From Pseudomonadota bacterium (GTDB lineage Bacteria; Pseudomonadota; Alphaproteobacteria; Micavibrionales; UBA2020): DNA of 41,799 nt. The stretch is taken from contig JACQAA010000013.1 of assembly GCA_016195185.1 (NCBI GenBank), positions 1 through 41,799 on the forward strand. Reading direction: 5' to 3'. The notes below the pieces were generated by a model. The model worked only from the letters and a program-made list of their open reading frames with translations. It was not told the origin of the DNA and searched no databases. This document shows positions 21,451-30,069 of the stretch, one piece after another (within the stretch, counting starts at the first letter, position 1; each line of letters begins with the position of its first letter). The position numbers and the translations under genes are program-made.

Positions 21451-24102
21451 CTAATGTCGCCCCTTAGGCTTGTCGCTTGGTGGCGTTGGTTCCAGCTTGT
21501 TATGCCTGGTTGGAAAGAGACTCTTGGAGATGGCGTTAATATTCCGATCGATTTTCTCTATGCCGGGGTTTTCTTTAACGTGCAGCTTGGTCTGAGCATA
21601 GCTGAGGCTGAGTTTTTTTCCGCTTGCCGCCGCTGCCGCGCTTTCGGGTGTATTGTGTGTCGGCTCTGGTTCTTTCCTGGTTTCGTCCCCTGCCATGCCG
21701 CGCTGGCCCAGAATGCGTGACGGTATTGCGGAATAGCTGATATTTTTTACATCGACGGCTACTTTCTCGGTGGAGAGGGAGAATCCTTTATTTTTCTGGT
21801 GCTGCAGATCGCGTTGTGCAGCCAGGCCGTAGCCATCATTGGCCTGCATCTGTACCCGCGCCAGTAATTTGAGTGTATCGCGGGCTATGCGACCGACCCG
21901 GCAGTATTTATCCACTTTCTTCATCATCGTATATCTCATGACGCTGCCCGCGCTGGATTCGGGAGCCGAGACGACAGTGAAGGGATAGATCCGTTGCGGT
22001 GTAACGCCCACATGCGTGAAATAACTTTCACCAAGCTGGTTAACCTGTTCTGGGGATACCCCGAACTTGCTGGCAATAAAGGCTTTGGCGTCTTCGACCG
22101 TTCTAACATCTTTGGGCAGCACAAAACTGGGGGCATTGAGCATGGCCCCATCACCGCCGAGGCGGTTGGGCACGGGCATGATTTTTGGATCGAGTGCAAC
22201 CAGCAAATTGTTGTCCCAATCCCGGGTAATCGGCAGAATGACGGCAATGTTTTCTACCCCATCATCCGAAACAATGAACTCGATATCCTGCGCTGACAAG
22301 CCGCGAGTTGTTCGTCCTACTTTTCCTTCTTCGATAAACACGGCTTTAACCGGTTTTAAATGTAGTGATTCTGTTTTTTCTTCTTCAAATTCAGTACGTT
22401 CCGGCTCTTTCAGTAAATCATCTGGTTCATAGATTTTTTTAACTGCCTGACCCGGCAGCTTGGGCATGCTTTCCCCGATCCAGCGTGGCAGGGGGATATT
22501 ATAGCGTGTCATCAGATCAAAAACATACATCTCCAACCGCGGCTCGGGCAGGAGGCCGACCTGAGAGGCGAGGATAATATCAGCGCCGTCCAGTTCGGTG
22601 ATCATGCCCAGCTCGGTAAAAAGGGAACTTTTGTCCGTTGGCAGAGGCCATGAGGTTTTATAGGGGTTTTCCACCTCGATAAATACCGGTTCAATTGCTT
22701 CATCAATGCGGTCGGGTGAGGGGAAGTAGGTGTCTCCTATGTACCAGCTCCCCTCCGTTTTGGGGCGCAGGCCAATATTGTGGCGTACATACTCAAAAAT
22801 CATATGCCGGTTCCCTTCGGCATCCTCGGACATCTCTACTGTGTCCATGGCAATGGGTTCGATCAGGTGTCCTGACCACTTTTTACCATCCAAGTTGGAA
22901 CTGCCGCGTGTGACGGCGTTGACGATGGGGCGCGGGTAACCGCTGCGGACAAAAATAACTAAGCGGTTGTCCGGGGTAATCCGATAGGGAATGATGTCAC
23001 AGTGTTCCCCGGGGCGCTTGACCAGTTCGTGCAGGGCACCGCCTTTCTTATCGCGCACCACCATGATTTGCAATTCACCGACGGGGTTCTGCGACGGGCG
23101 TCTCTCTTCTAATACCAAACTTTGTTTGTCGGCTACTTTTTGCGAGACTATAAAATAGTTCGTAGCCGGATAGCTCATGGGTTTGTATTCTCCCGAATAA
23201 AGCTGGAAGCGGCCCTTGAAGCAATTTTTCACTACCCAGGGGTTCCAGTACGGAGCAGAAAAAGTCATTCTCATGCCGATCCGTGCGAATTCCCGACGGT
23301 AATCCTGATAGGTAAAGAACGTATATTCCTCGCGAATTTCTTGGTCCCAGTGAGCGCGGTAATTCTTGCGGTGAATAAATTCGATTGCCCATTTGTGTGG
23401 TAAGCGGAAGAGGCGCGTACCATCGCGCCGCGGCTTCAGTTCTTCAATAAAAAATCCTTCGCACCCGCCTGCCGGTAACGGGCGAGCTGACTGGGAGAAT
23501 AACAACAGCAGATCTGCCTCGGAAAGATGCGGGATCCCCATGCCTTCGCTGGGCGTGTCGGGCAGCTCCAGCAGTACGAATTCCCCTTCCGGTGGCATCA
23601 TGTAGTCACGGATCAGCATGGTACCGCCGGGTTTCAGCTTGTGAATCTGTTTCTCCAGGAGGAGGCTCACGTCTATCTGGTTGTAGCCGGCGGCTGAATA
23701 AATTCCGTGCAGGATATTGGAATTGATAATTGCGTCCAGCGATTCATCTTCAAGTTCGGGTATCGAAATATCTGACAGGCGGAAGGACAGGTTCGGCAGC
23801 TTGTAATTTTTGCGGGCAAATTCAATGGCGGCGGGATCGTGGTCAACGCCGATCAGCTCGGCACGCGGATTGAGCTGGGCCAGAACATAGGTTATTTCTC
23901 CCGTTTCGCACCCCATATCGACAATGCGGGAGCCAGAGGGCAGCAGGAGGTGGGCAGAGATCAGGGCCGCTTTTTGCTGGATAAATTCCGGTAGCTCAAT
24001 CACGGCCTTTTGGCGTGACCCCTCATCCTTTGCCCGGGAGGAAAAGTTTTTGATGCTAGCGGCGATTTGCTCATTAATCTCTGTTTTGTCGATCTTTGAC
24101 AC
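21451..24102 (-). CDS. 883-aa multidomain protein: class I methyltransferase domain plus two NUDIX-like domains
   Basis: N-terminal IVDMGCETG, LIGVD, DAIINSNILH, LKPGGTMLIRD. Two repeats resemble NudF-type strands (GDTYFPSPDRIDEAIEPVF; LGESYFTHVGVTPQRIYPF). Confidence 0.8.
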   Translation of the reverse strand: MSKIDKTEINEQIAASIKNFSSRAKDEGSRQKAVIELPEFIQQKAALISAHLLLPSGSRIVDMGCETGEITYVLAQLNPRAELIGVDHDPAAIEFARKNYKLPNLSFRLSDISIPELEDESLDAIINSNILHGIYSAAGYNQIDVSLLLEKQIHKLKPGGTMLIRDYMMPPEGEFVLLELPDTPSEGMGIPHLSEADLLLLFSQSARPLPAGGCEGFFIEELKPRRDGTRLFRLPHKWAIEFIHRKNYRAHWDQEIREEYTFFTYQDYRREFARIGMRMTFSAPYWNPWVVKNCFKGRFQLYSGEYKPMSYPATNYFIVSQKVADKQSLVLEERRPSQNPVGELQIMVVRDKKGGALHELVKRPGEHCDIIPYRITPDNRLVIFVRSGYPRPIVNAVTRGSSNLDGKKWSGHLIEPIAMDTVEMSEDAEGNRHMIFEYVRHNIGLRPKTEGSWYIGDTYFPSPDRIDEAIEPVFIEVENPYKTSWPLPTDKSSLFTELGMITELDGADIILASQVGLLPEPRLEMYVFDLMTRYNIPLPRWIGESMPKLPGQAVKKIYEPDDLLKEPERTEFEEEKTESLHLKPVKAVFIEEGKVGRTTRGLSAQDIEFIVSDDGVENIAVILPITRDWDNNLLVALDPKIMPVPNRLGGDGAMLNAPSFVLPKDVRTVEDAKAFIASKFGVSPEQVNQLGESYFTHVGVTPQRIYPFTVVSAPESSAGSVMRYTMMKKVDKYCRVGRIARDTLKLLARVQMQANDGYGLAAQRDLQHQKNKGFSLSTEKVAVDVKNISYSAIPSRILGQRGMAGDETRKEPEPTHNTPESAAAAASGKKLSLSYAQTKLHVKENPGIEKIDRNINAISKSLFPTRHNKLEPTPPSDKPKGRH

Positions 24103-24204
24103 GATACGAACCTTCTTAACAATGCCCCTTGTATATTATATTAATACGGAAAACAATAGATTTTTTTGTTGATATGTAAAGCATCTTCGGGCACCTTGTC
24201 CAGT

Positions 24205-24963
24205 ATGCCATCGGCAATAAAAAAGAAGAATAGATTTTCTGACCTGTGGGAGGCCACCATTAACGCGCTGTTGCCACCGCGCTGTGTGGCGACCGGAGAG
24301 ATTGTGGATGCGCAGGGGATGGTAAGCCCCGTTTTCTGGGCGCAACTGCAGTTTATCGAGGATCCGTTTTGCAAGACCTGTGGCAGCCCTTTCAGTTTTA
24401 ATCTTCCGACTGGTGCACTTTGTGCCGCCTGCATGGAGCAGGAACCGTTGTTTGACCAGTCACGCTCCGCTGTTACCTACAACGAGGCCAGCCGGAAACT
24501 GGTGCTGGCTTTCAAGTACGGCGATAGACTGCATACGGTTCACACCTTCGTGCCGTGGATGATCCGTGCCGGACAGGAGTTGATCGGGCAGGCGGATTGC
24601 ATTATCCCCGTGCCGCTGCATGCGCGGCGGCTGCGGGAGCGGCGTTTCAACCAGTCAGCTCTGCTGGCGCAGGCAATTGCCACAAGAACGGGAAAAGATT
24701 ATCTTCCCGATACCCTGTTACGCATCCGCCATACCACCCCGCAAAATGGCCTCAGCGCCAAAGACCGCGACCGGAATGTGCGGGGTGCTTTTGTGGTCAA
24801 GAAGTGCAGTCATGCCACCGTTCGTGATAAGAATCTCCTATTGATTGACGATGTGTTTACGACTGGTGCCACGCTCAACGAATGTGCACGGATTCTCAAA
24901 TCAGCCGGGGCTGAGACAGTCAACGTCCTGACAATTGCTCGGGTGGCAAAAGAAGAGTTTTGA
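24205..24963 (+). CDS. comF: ComF family protein (double zinc ribbon + phosphoribosyltransferase)
   Basis: LPPRC, CKTC, CAAC, PVPLH..R..ERRFNQS, LLIDDVFTTGATL; start uncertain (24166 or 24205). Confidence 0.92.
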   Translation: MPSAIKKKNRFSDLWEATINALLPPRCVATGEIVDAQGMVSPVFWAQLQFIEDPFCKTCGSPFSFNLPTGALCAACMEQEPLFDQSRSAVTYNEASRKLVLAFKYGDRLHTVHTFVPWMIRAGQELIGQADCIIPVPLHARRLRERRFNQSALLAQAIATRTGKDYLPDTLLRIRHTTPQNGLSAKDRDRNVRGAFVVKKCSHATVRDKNLLLIDDVFTTGATLNECARILKSAGAETVNVLTIARVAKEEF

Positions 24964-25038
24964 TGCGGATTAGCCGGAATCTGAAACTGATTGATGCCTA
25001 TATTATCAACATATTTTCCCTATATAGGCGTATTTAGG

Positions 25039-25824
25039 TCATGTTCCGCCGCCGTAGCTCTGAACGAGCGACCCGGCGATCAGGTGCCAGCCGTCAACCA
25101 GCACAAAAAAGATGATCTTGAAGGGCAGGGAGATCATCACCGGTGGCAGCATCATCATCCCCATCGACATCAGGATGGAGGAGGTCACCATATCAATAAT
25201 GAGAAATGGTAAAAAGATCAGGAAGCCAATTTCGAACGCACGGCGCAGTTCCGAAATCATGAAGGAGGGGATAACTACCTGCATCGGTGTTGCCATGGCG
25301 TCCTCCAGTTTCGGTGTCTTGCTCAGATTCATAAACATCGCCAGATCTTTCTCCCGCGTGTGCTTGAGCATAAACTGCTTAAATGGCATAGCTGCTTTTT
25401 GCATTCCCTCCATTTCATCCATTTCCCCGCTCATGACAGGTTGGACGCCTTGTTCGTAAGCGGTGTGCAGGGTGGGTGACATGATAAAAAATGTTAGAAA
25501 TAACGCCAGGCTCAACAAGACGGTATTGGGGGGCGTTTGTTGTGTCCCCAGCGCGGTGCGCAGGAAGGACAGCACCACGACTATCCGTGTAAAAGAAGTC
25601 ATCATCATCAGGATGGATGGCGCCAGCGAGAGGACCGTCATTAACACCACCATCTGGATAACGCGGCCGGCAACTGAAGTGCCGCCAGCACCATCTGCAG
25701 CACCGGCTTTGTCACCGCCCAGATCGAGCGTCAGGCTTTGTGCCCAGACGTGGCCGGGAATGAACAGTAACCCAGCCACCAAGAGCAACCCGGCAATCAG
25801 TGTGAAGAGCTTAAGCCTGGACAT
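25039..25824 (-). CDS. fliP: Flagellar export pore protein FliP
   Basis: LAPSILMMMTSFTRI, QQTPPN, SMGMMMLPP, FVLVDGW. Confidence 0.98.
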   Translation of the reverse strand: MSRLKLFTLIAGLLLVAGLLFIPGHVWAQSLTLDLGGDKAGAADGAGGTSVAGRVIQMVVLMTVLSLAPSILMMMTSFTRIVVVLSFLRTALGTQQTPPNTVLLSLALFLTFFIMSPTLHTAYEQGVQPVMSGEMDEMEGMQKAAMPFKQFMLKHTREKDLAMFMNLSKTPKLEDAMATPMQVVIPSFMISELRRAFEIGFLIFLPFLIIDMVTSSILMSMGMMMLPPVMISLPFKIIFFVLVDGWHLIAGSLVQSYGGGT

Positions 25825-26125
25825 TTTTCTGATCCTTCAAAAATCCGACAACATTGTCACTCCCTGCCGGAATGTTGCTTTCCACCACGGTCTCCCCCTG
25901 CGGCCCCAGTACCAAAAGATGTTCCTGGTCGTCGCGCTTGATCAGGACCAGGCGGCGACGGTGGTCAAGGGGCAGGAATTCAATCACCTTCAGCCGTCGC
26001 TTGCCGGTGGCGGGTGTCAGGGCGCCTGAAAGTCCGATTCTTTTCATGACCAATGAGAGCAGTAGCATCAGGATAATAACAAAAGCAAATGCGCTAAAGA
26101 ATTTAAGAAGCAACATAGTATCCAT
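25811..26125 (-). CDS. fliO: Flagellar biosynthesis protein FliO
   Basis: One N-terminal TM helix, RRLKVIEFLPLDHRRRLVLIKRDDQEHLLVLG; directly upstream of fliP. Confidence 0.9.
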   Translation of the reverse strand: MDTMLLLKFFSAFAFVIILMLLLSLVMKRIGLSGALTPATGKRRLKVIEFLPLDHRRRLVLIKRDDQEHLLVLGPQGETVVESNIPAGSDNVVGFLKDQKNVQA

Positions 26126-26128
26126 AGG

Positions 26129-26410
26129 CTATCTCACCCCCGGTGTGTTAAAAGCATCCTGTTGTTGCTTCATGGTGCGAGCAAGGGTCTCGAGAGATTC
26201 AATCAGATGGCTCATTTGTTTTTCCAAGGCGCGGCCGTCATTTTTTGGCAGTTTGGCGACGGCATCGCACACTTTCATCACGTTTTTGTCCAGGCCTTGC
26301 AAGTCCATGATTTCGCCCCTGGTCACCCGTGCTTGACAATCACGGACGTAGTCGACAATGCCTTTTATTTTTTTTTCGACTGTCGTCGTGTCAAGATTAC
26401 TTTCTGTCAT
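26129..26410 (-). CDS. Small helical hypothetical protein in the fliOP operon
   Basis: 93 aa, tightly packed between the FlhB-C-like gene and fliO; amphipathic helical pattern (GEIMDLQGLD). Confidence 0.7.
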   Translation of the reverse strand: MTESNLDTTTVEKKIKGIVDYVRDCQARVTRGEIMDLQGLDKNVMKVCDAVAKLPKNDGRALEKQMSHLIESLETLARTMKQQQDAFNTPGVR

Positions 26411-26765
26411 TGTCCTGTGTTCTGCCAGTATCGGGGTTTGTCTCTTTCATAGATTGATACGTTCCGTTCTCTTTGTAAACATAGGCCAGAATTTCCGCAA
26501 TGGCGACCAAGGCTTCGGAGGGAATATCACTATCCAGTTCGATCGCGGCGAGCATTTGGGCAAGGTCTTTGTCCTCTCGGACGTTAACGCCATTATCGAA
26601 AGCCAGTTGGAGGATTTCTTCAGCCAGTTTACCGTAGCCGGCGGCTACGACCTTGGGGATGGAGCTTTCGTCGAGCCCAAACTTCTTGAGGGCCACGGCG
26701 GCACGCCGCCGTGGATCGGGGTCTTTTTCAGGGCCTGTGGGCCCATTGTCCAGAATATCAACCAT
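26397..26765 (-). CDS. Stand-alone FlhB C-terminal-domain protein (EscU/YscU/HrcU switch family, FlhX-like)
   Basis: AVALK...PKVVAAGYGKLAEEILQLAFDNGVNVRED..LA..L....IP.EALVAIAEILAYVY parallels the post-NPTH part of FlhB at 30844-31920. Confidence 0.88.
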   Translation of the reverse strand: MVDILDNGPTGPEKDPDPRRRAAVALKKFGLDESSIPKVVAAGYGKLAEEILQLAFDNGVNVREDKDLAQMLAAIELDSDIPSEALVAIAEILAYVYKENGTYQSMKETNPDTGRTQDNDRK

Positions 26766-26800
26766 GTATTCCCTAGTATTTAGAAACAAGTGTAGCAAAA

Positions 26801-26817
26801 GTTTACGAGATGTTAAC
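26801..26817. promoter_or_regulatory. Putative CtrA-binding site in the divergent flagellar promoter region
   Basis: GTTTA-CGAGATG-TTAAC is one mismatch from TTAA-N7-TTAAC on either strand; cckA lies in the same cluster. Confidence 0.55.
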
Positions 26818-26886
26818 GACAATAATGCCACAATTGTTGAAGGAACAGTGCTACACTAAAAACCGGGGGTAAACGGGAGTTTGGGC

Positions 26887-27300
26887 ATGGCGACACAGGA
26901 CTTGAAGCTCTTACAGGCGGCTATCGAGAAAGTGCACTGGCACGAACAGCGCCAGAAGGTTTTATCCCAGAACATCGCCAATGCGAATACTCCTGGCTAT
27001 CAGGCCCAGGACGTTGCTCCGCTGGATTTCAAGACCTTGTTGGAAGGATCTTCCAGTTCGCTTTCGTTGTCCATGGCAACCACCGATCCAAAACATTTAG
27101 GCCTAAACGGGACTTCGGTTTCCAGGCAGCATGCCGTCCAGAAACAAAAAAACACCTATGGCGTGTCGCCGAACGGCAATTCAGTGGTCATGGAAGAGCA
27201 ACTGTTGAAAATGAACGAGAACTTCACAGATCACCGCCTGACAACGACGATCTACCAGAAGAATATCGACATGCTGAAGAGTTCGATCAGATCCCAGTAG
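26887..27300 (+). CDS. flgB: Flagellar basal-body rod protein FlgB
   Basis: RQKVLSQNIANANTPGY, SPNGNSVVMEEQ. Confidence 0.95.
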   Translation: MATQDLKLLQAAIEKVHWHEQRQKVLSQNIANANTPGYQAQDVAPLDFKTLLEGSSSSLSLSMATTDPKHLGLNGTSVSRQHAVQKQKNTYGVSPNGNSVVMEEQLLKMNENFTDHRLTTTIYQKNIDMLKSSIRSQ

Positions 27301-27326
27301 GCGGATTTTAAAGACGGGAGATAAAC

Positions 27327-27737
27327 ATGGATTTACTTGATGCGATGACGCAGGCTGCCAAGGGGATGAAAGCTCAGGGCGCCCGCATGCGTGTCATCTC
27401 CGAGAACATCGCCAACGCGGACAGCTCCCCCAAGGGGCCGGGCCAGTTGCCCTATCAGCGTAAGGTAATTACCTTTAAGTCCCTGCTCGACAAGGCAAAC
27501 GGGCAGCAGGAAGTTGAGGTTGACAGGATTTTGCCGGATCAATCTGAGTTCGTCACTAAATATGACCCCAGCCACCCTGCGGCAGATAAGAATGGTTTCG
27601 TCAAGATGCCTAACGTTAATCCGTTGGTGGAAATGATGGATATGCGGGAAGCGCAGAGATCTTATGAAGCCAACCTGGGTGTTATCGATATGGCAAAGGG
27701 AATGCTCATGCGTACCCTTGACCTACTGAGCCGATAA
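27327..27737 (+). CDS. flgC: Flagellar basal-body rod protein FlgC
   Basis: RMRVISENIANADS, YDPSHPAAD, MPNVN, RSYEANL. Confidence 0.97.
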   Translation: MDLLDAMTQAAKGMKAQGARMRVISENIANADSSPKGPGQLPYQRKVITFKSLLDKANGQQEVEVDRILPDQSEFVTKYDPSHPAADKNGFVKMPNVNPLVEMMDMREAQRSYEANLGVIDMAKGMLMRTLDLLSR

Positions 27738-27749
27738 GGAGAATAAAAC

Positions 27750-28049
27750 ATGGCCAATATAAAAGAAGCGACGAGTGCCTATGCCAGCGCCTTGAATCAG
27801 CTGAAACAGCCGCTGAGCGGTGGTGCCGATGAAAGTTCCGGTGCGGCTTTTGGCGACCTGCTGAAACAGTCGCTACAAACGGCCGTTGATGCACAACACA
27901 AGAGTGAAAAAGTATCCGGAGCGGCACTGGCTGGCAAGGCGGACATGACCGAAGTTTTACAAGCCGTGACCTGTAGGGATACCAGAGATGCGGCATTTTC
28001 ATGGATGAAACCGAGATCATTGACTTCACGCGCGAAGCCATCATGCTGA
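27750..28049 (+). pseudogene. fliE: Flagellar hook-basal body protein FliE with its C-terminal helix deleted (similarity ends near 27971)
   Basis: FGDLLKQSL..AVDAQHKSE......GKADMTEVLQAVT then unrelated sequence running into fliQ; the usual VRD..V.AY..I..M.I end is missing. Confidence 0.82.
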
Positions 28050-28267
28050 CAATTCAAATCTCGGCGCCGGTGATGGTTGTCGGTCTGATAGTTGGTGTTG
28101 TTATTTCTCTGGTGCAGGCGCTCACGCAAATTCAAGAAATGACTCTGACGTTTGTGCCGAAGATAGTTGCCATTTTTGCCACCATTTTCGTTATGTTTCC
28201 GCTCATGATCGCGACACTGGTGACGTTTACCCAGAAAATTGCAGACAAAATCGTCGCGATGGGTTAG
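28001..28267 (+). CDS. fliQ: Flagellar export protein FliQ
   Basis: VQALTQIQEMTLTFVPKI; 88 aa, hydrophobic. Confidence 0.97.
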   Translation: MDETEIIDFTREAIMLTIQISAPVMVVGLIVGVVISLVQALTQIQEMTLTFVPKIVAIFATIFVMFPLMIATLVTFTQKIADKIVAMG

Positions 28268-28932
28268 ATCTTGCCCAGCACGTAGGGGTGCGGGTCTGGA
28301 AAGTCTTCTTTCGAAACGGGTGGTGATCTGTAGCCGTCAACAGCTTCCGGGTTGCCGTTCTTGGCCCGTTTCATCTCCCTCTCCGATACCATCTGTACAT
28401 GAAGGTGCGGGAACCAGACACCGTTTTCATGGGGCTTGCCTATATGCCCGACAAGAGTACCTGCTTTTAGTTTTTGCCCTAAAGACACGGTATCGTCCCA
28501 GGCCAGATGACCGTAGTATAGATAATCTGCTCCCTTGTAGGGCGGTTTATCGAGTCGAAAGACCAGCACACCGCCCCAGCCGCCAAAGCTGCCGTCCCGG
28601 CCGACGTGCATAACTTCAGCATCCGAGAGAATAATGACCTTTGTGCCGGCTGGCACATTATAGTCCACGCCGAGGTGTGCTTGTGGTCCCTTTGGCAAAT
28701 AATGTCCGCGCCATAAATGCGAGCGGTCTTCTAAATATCCGCCATAGGTATAATCAACATGGTGTTGTGCAGCAATTTTCTTGACCCAGTCATCGCATTG
28801 CTGGGGATCGATCAATGGATTGCTTTTACCATTGAATTCCTGCCGCGACAGGGCGTCCAGGCTGACTTCAGCCCATGTGGCCCTAGCCAAATCGGGGAAA
28901 ATTTTTATGCCGCTGGATAAGCCGTTTTTCAT
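28264..28932 (-). CDS. M23 family Zn metallopeptidase with no evident signal peptide
   Basis: HLGVD (HxxxD), YGHL and PHLHVQ (HxH) zinc-ligand motifs are intact. Confidence 0.88.
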   Translation of the reverse strand: MKNGLSSGIKIFPDLARATWAEVSLDALSRQEFNGKSNPLIDPQQCDDWVKKIAAQHHVDYTYGGYLEDRSHLWRGHYLPKGPQAHLGVDYNVPAGTKVIILSDAEVMHVGRDGSFGGWGGVLVFRLDKPPYKGADYLYYGHLAWDDTVSLGQKLKAGTLVGHIGKPHENGVWFPHLHVQMVSEREMKRAKNGNPEAVDGYRSPPVSKEDFPDPHPYVLGKI

Positions 28933-29139
28933 CTTCTCTGCCTTATTGGTCCCTATGGGCCTATTTTAACCACGAGAATTTAAAGTTAGTGGAGATTTTC
29001 GGCATAATCATCTCTAGTCAAGAAAGATCGTTGACATATCAAAGAGAAATATGGCACATTTGCGCTCATTGCACAGAAAACGGTTGGCATCTCTAGGGTA
29101 AATACGGTTTTGGCGCTCATCAAATTATTAGATATGTAA

Positions 29140-29970
29140 ATGAAAAATCTACACAAGAAAATTAAACCTCAGTTTAATGAACGAGCCGATAGCGCCCTGA
29201 AGTGGACCAAGTTCAAAGGTCATGATGTACATATCGTAGAGGCGGGCAACCCGTCGTCCATTGATTTGCTGGCAAAAGCCTACAAAGATGTTTATGAGCC
29301 TGCCTTCCCGATCGCAGAAGAGCGGGAGACAATGAGTTCCCTTCTCAGCGGGCTGGACGGCACGGACTCGGGGCTTGGCAACATCGTTATCGCCATTATC
29401 AGCGACAATATCAATACAACAGATCCTGCTATTAAGGGGATTGTCGTGGGATATTATTATCACAAGGAAGATGTGGGTTTACTGGCTTATACGGCCACAG
29501 CTCCTGAATATAGGAATCAAGGCTTAGGGCATATACAAGTTGAGATTTTGGGACAGGCCTTCCTGCGGATGGCGAAGAAAAATGGCGGCAAACTGGGCGG
29601 CTACTTCCTGGAATGTAATGACCCACTGAAGGTAAAGCCTGAAGAAGACAGTTTCGACCCGGCCACCCGGATAAAAATATTTCAAAAGTGGGGTGCCAAA
29701 ATTATGCCTATAGATTACGTGCAGCCCCCTTTGGAAGCTGGGGCTAAGAAGTGCACGTCGCTCAAATTACTGGCCTACCCTCATCCAGAGACAGGCAAAT
29801 ACCCCACTTTAGAGGCAATCAAGGGCTTTGTAAGGGGTATATACACAGCTCTTATCAGATATTCCGGAATCTTTCTTCAGGCGGACCCTGATTACGTCCG
29901 GATGATGCAGCAGATCGATGCTCTGGCTGCAACCCGCAAGCCGCCTGCTCACAAGCCACCCACTCCCTGA
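29140..29970 (+). CDS. GNAT-fold acetyltransferase-like protein
   Basis: Acetyl-CoA motif A LAYTATAPEYRNQGLG; VYEPAFP..EERE; FLECNDP; RIKIFQKWG; YVQPPL. Confidence 0.8.
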   Translation: MKNLHKKIKPQFNERADSALKWTKFKGHDVHIVEAGNPSSIDLLAKAYKDVYEPAFPIAEERETMSSLLSGLDGTDSGLGNIVIAIISDNINTTDPAIKGIVVGYYYHKEDVGLLAYTATAPEYRNQGLGHIQVEILGQAFLRMAKKNGGKLGGYFLECNDPLKVKPEEDSFDPATRIKIFQKWGAKIMPIDYVQPPLEAGAKKCTSLKLLAYPHPETGKYPTLEAIKGFVRGIYTALIRYSGIFLQADPDYVRMMQQIDALAATRKPPAHKPPTP

Positions 29971-30069
29971 TTTTGGTGGTGGCAGCCTTTCCCTGGGCCT
30001 ATAATGGATTTCCGCTTCCGCAAGGGATGCTGGCGGGGCCGGGGGAGGGGTATACACATCCAACACTTT

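Noticed and set aside
24994-25031. Inverted repeat ATGCCTATAT...ATATAGGCGT between convergent comF and fliP
   Set aside because: Long 18-nt loop and AT-rich stem; might aid termination but too weak to call
29031-29075. TTGACA and a TGGCAC (sigma54-like) motif upstream of the GNAT gene
   Set aside because: No good -10 at proper spacing from TTGACA, and TGGCAC lacks TTGC at the required N5 spacing
28264-30000. The fliQ-fliR insert as a mobile element
   Set aside because: No transposase or integrase, terminal inverted repeats or target-site duplication seen
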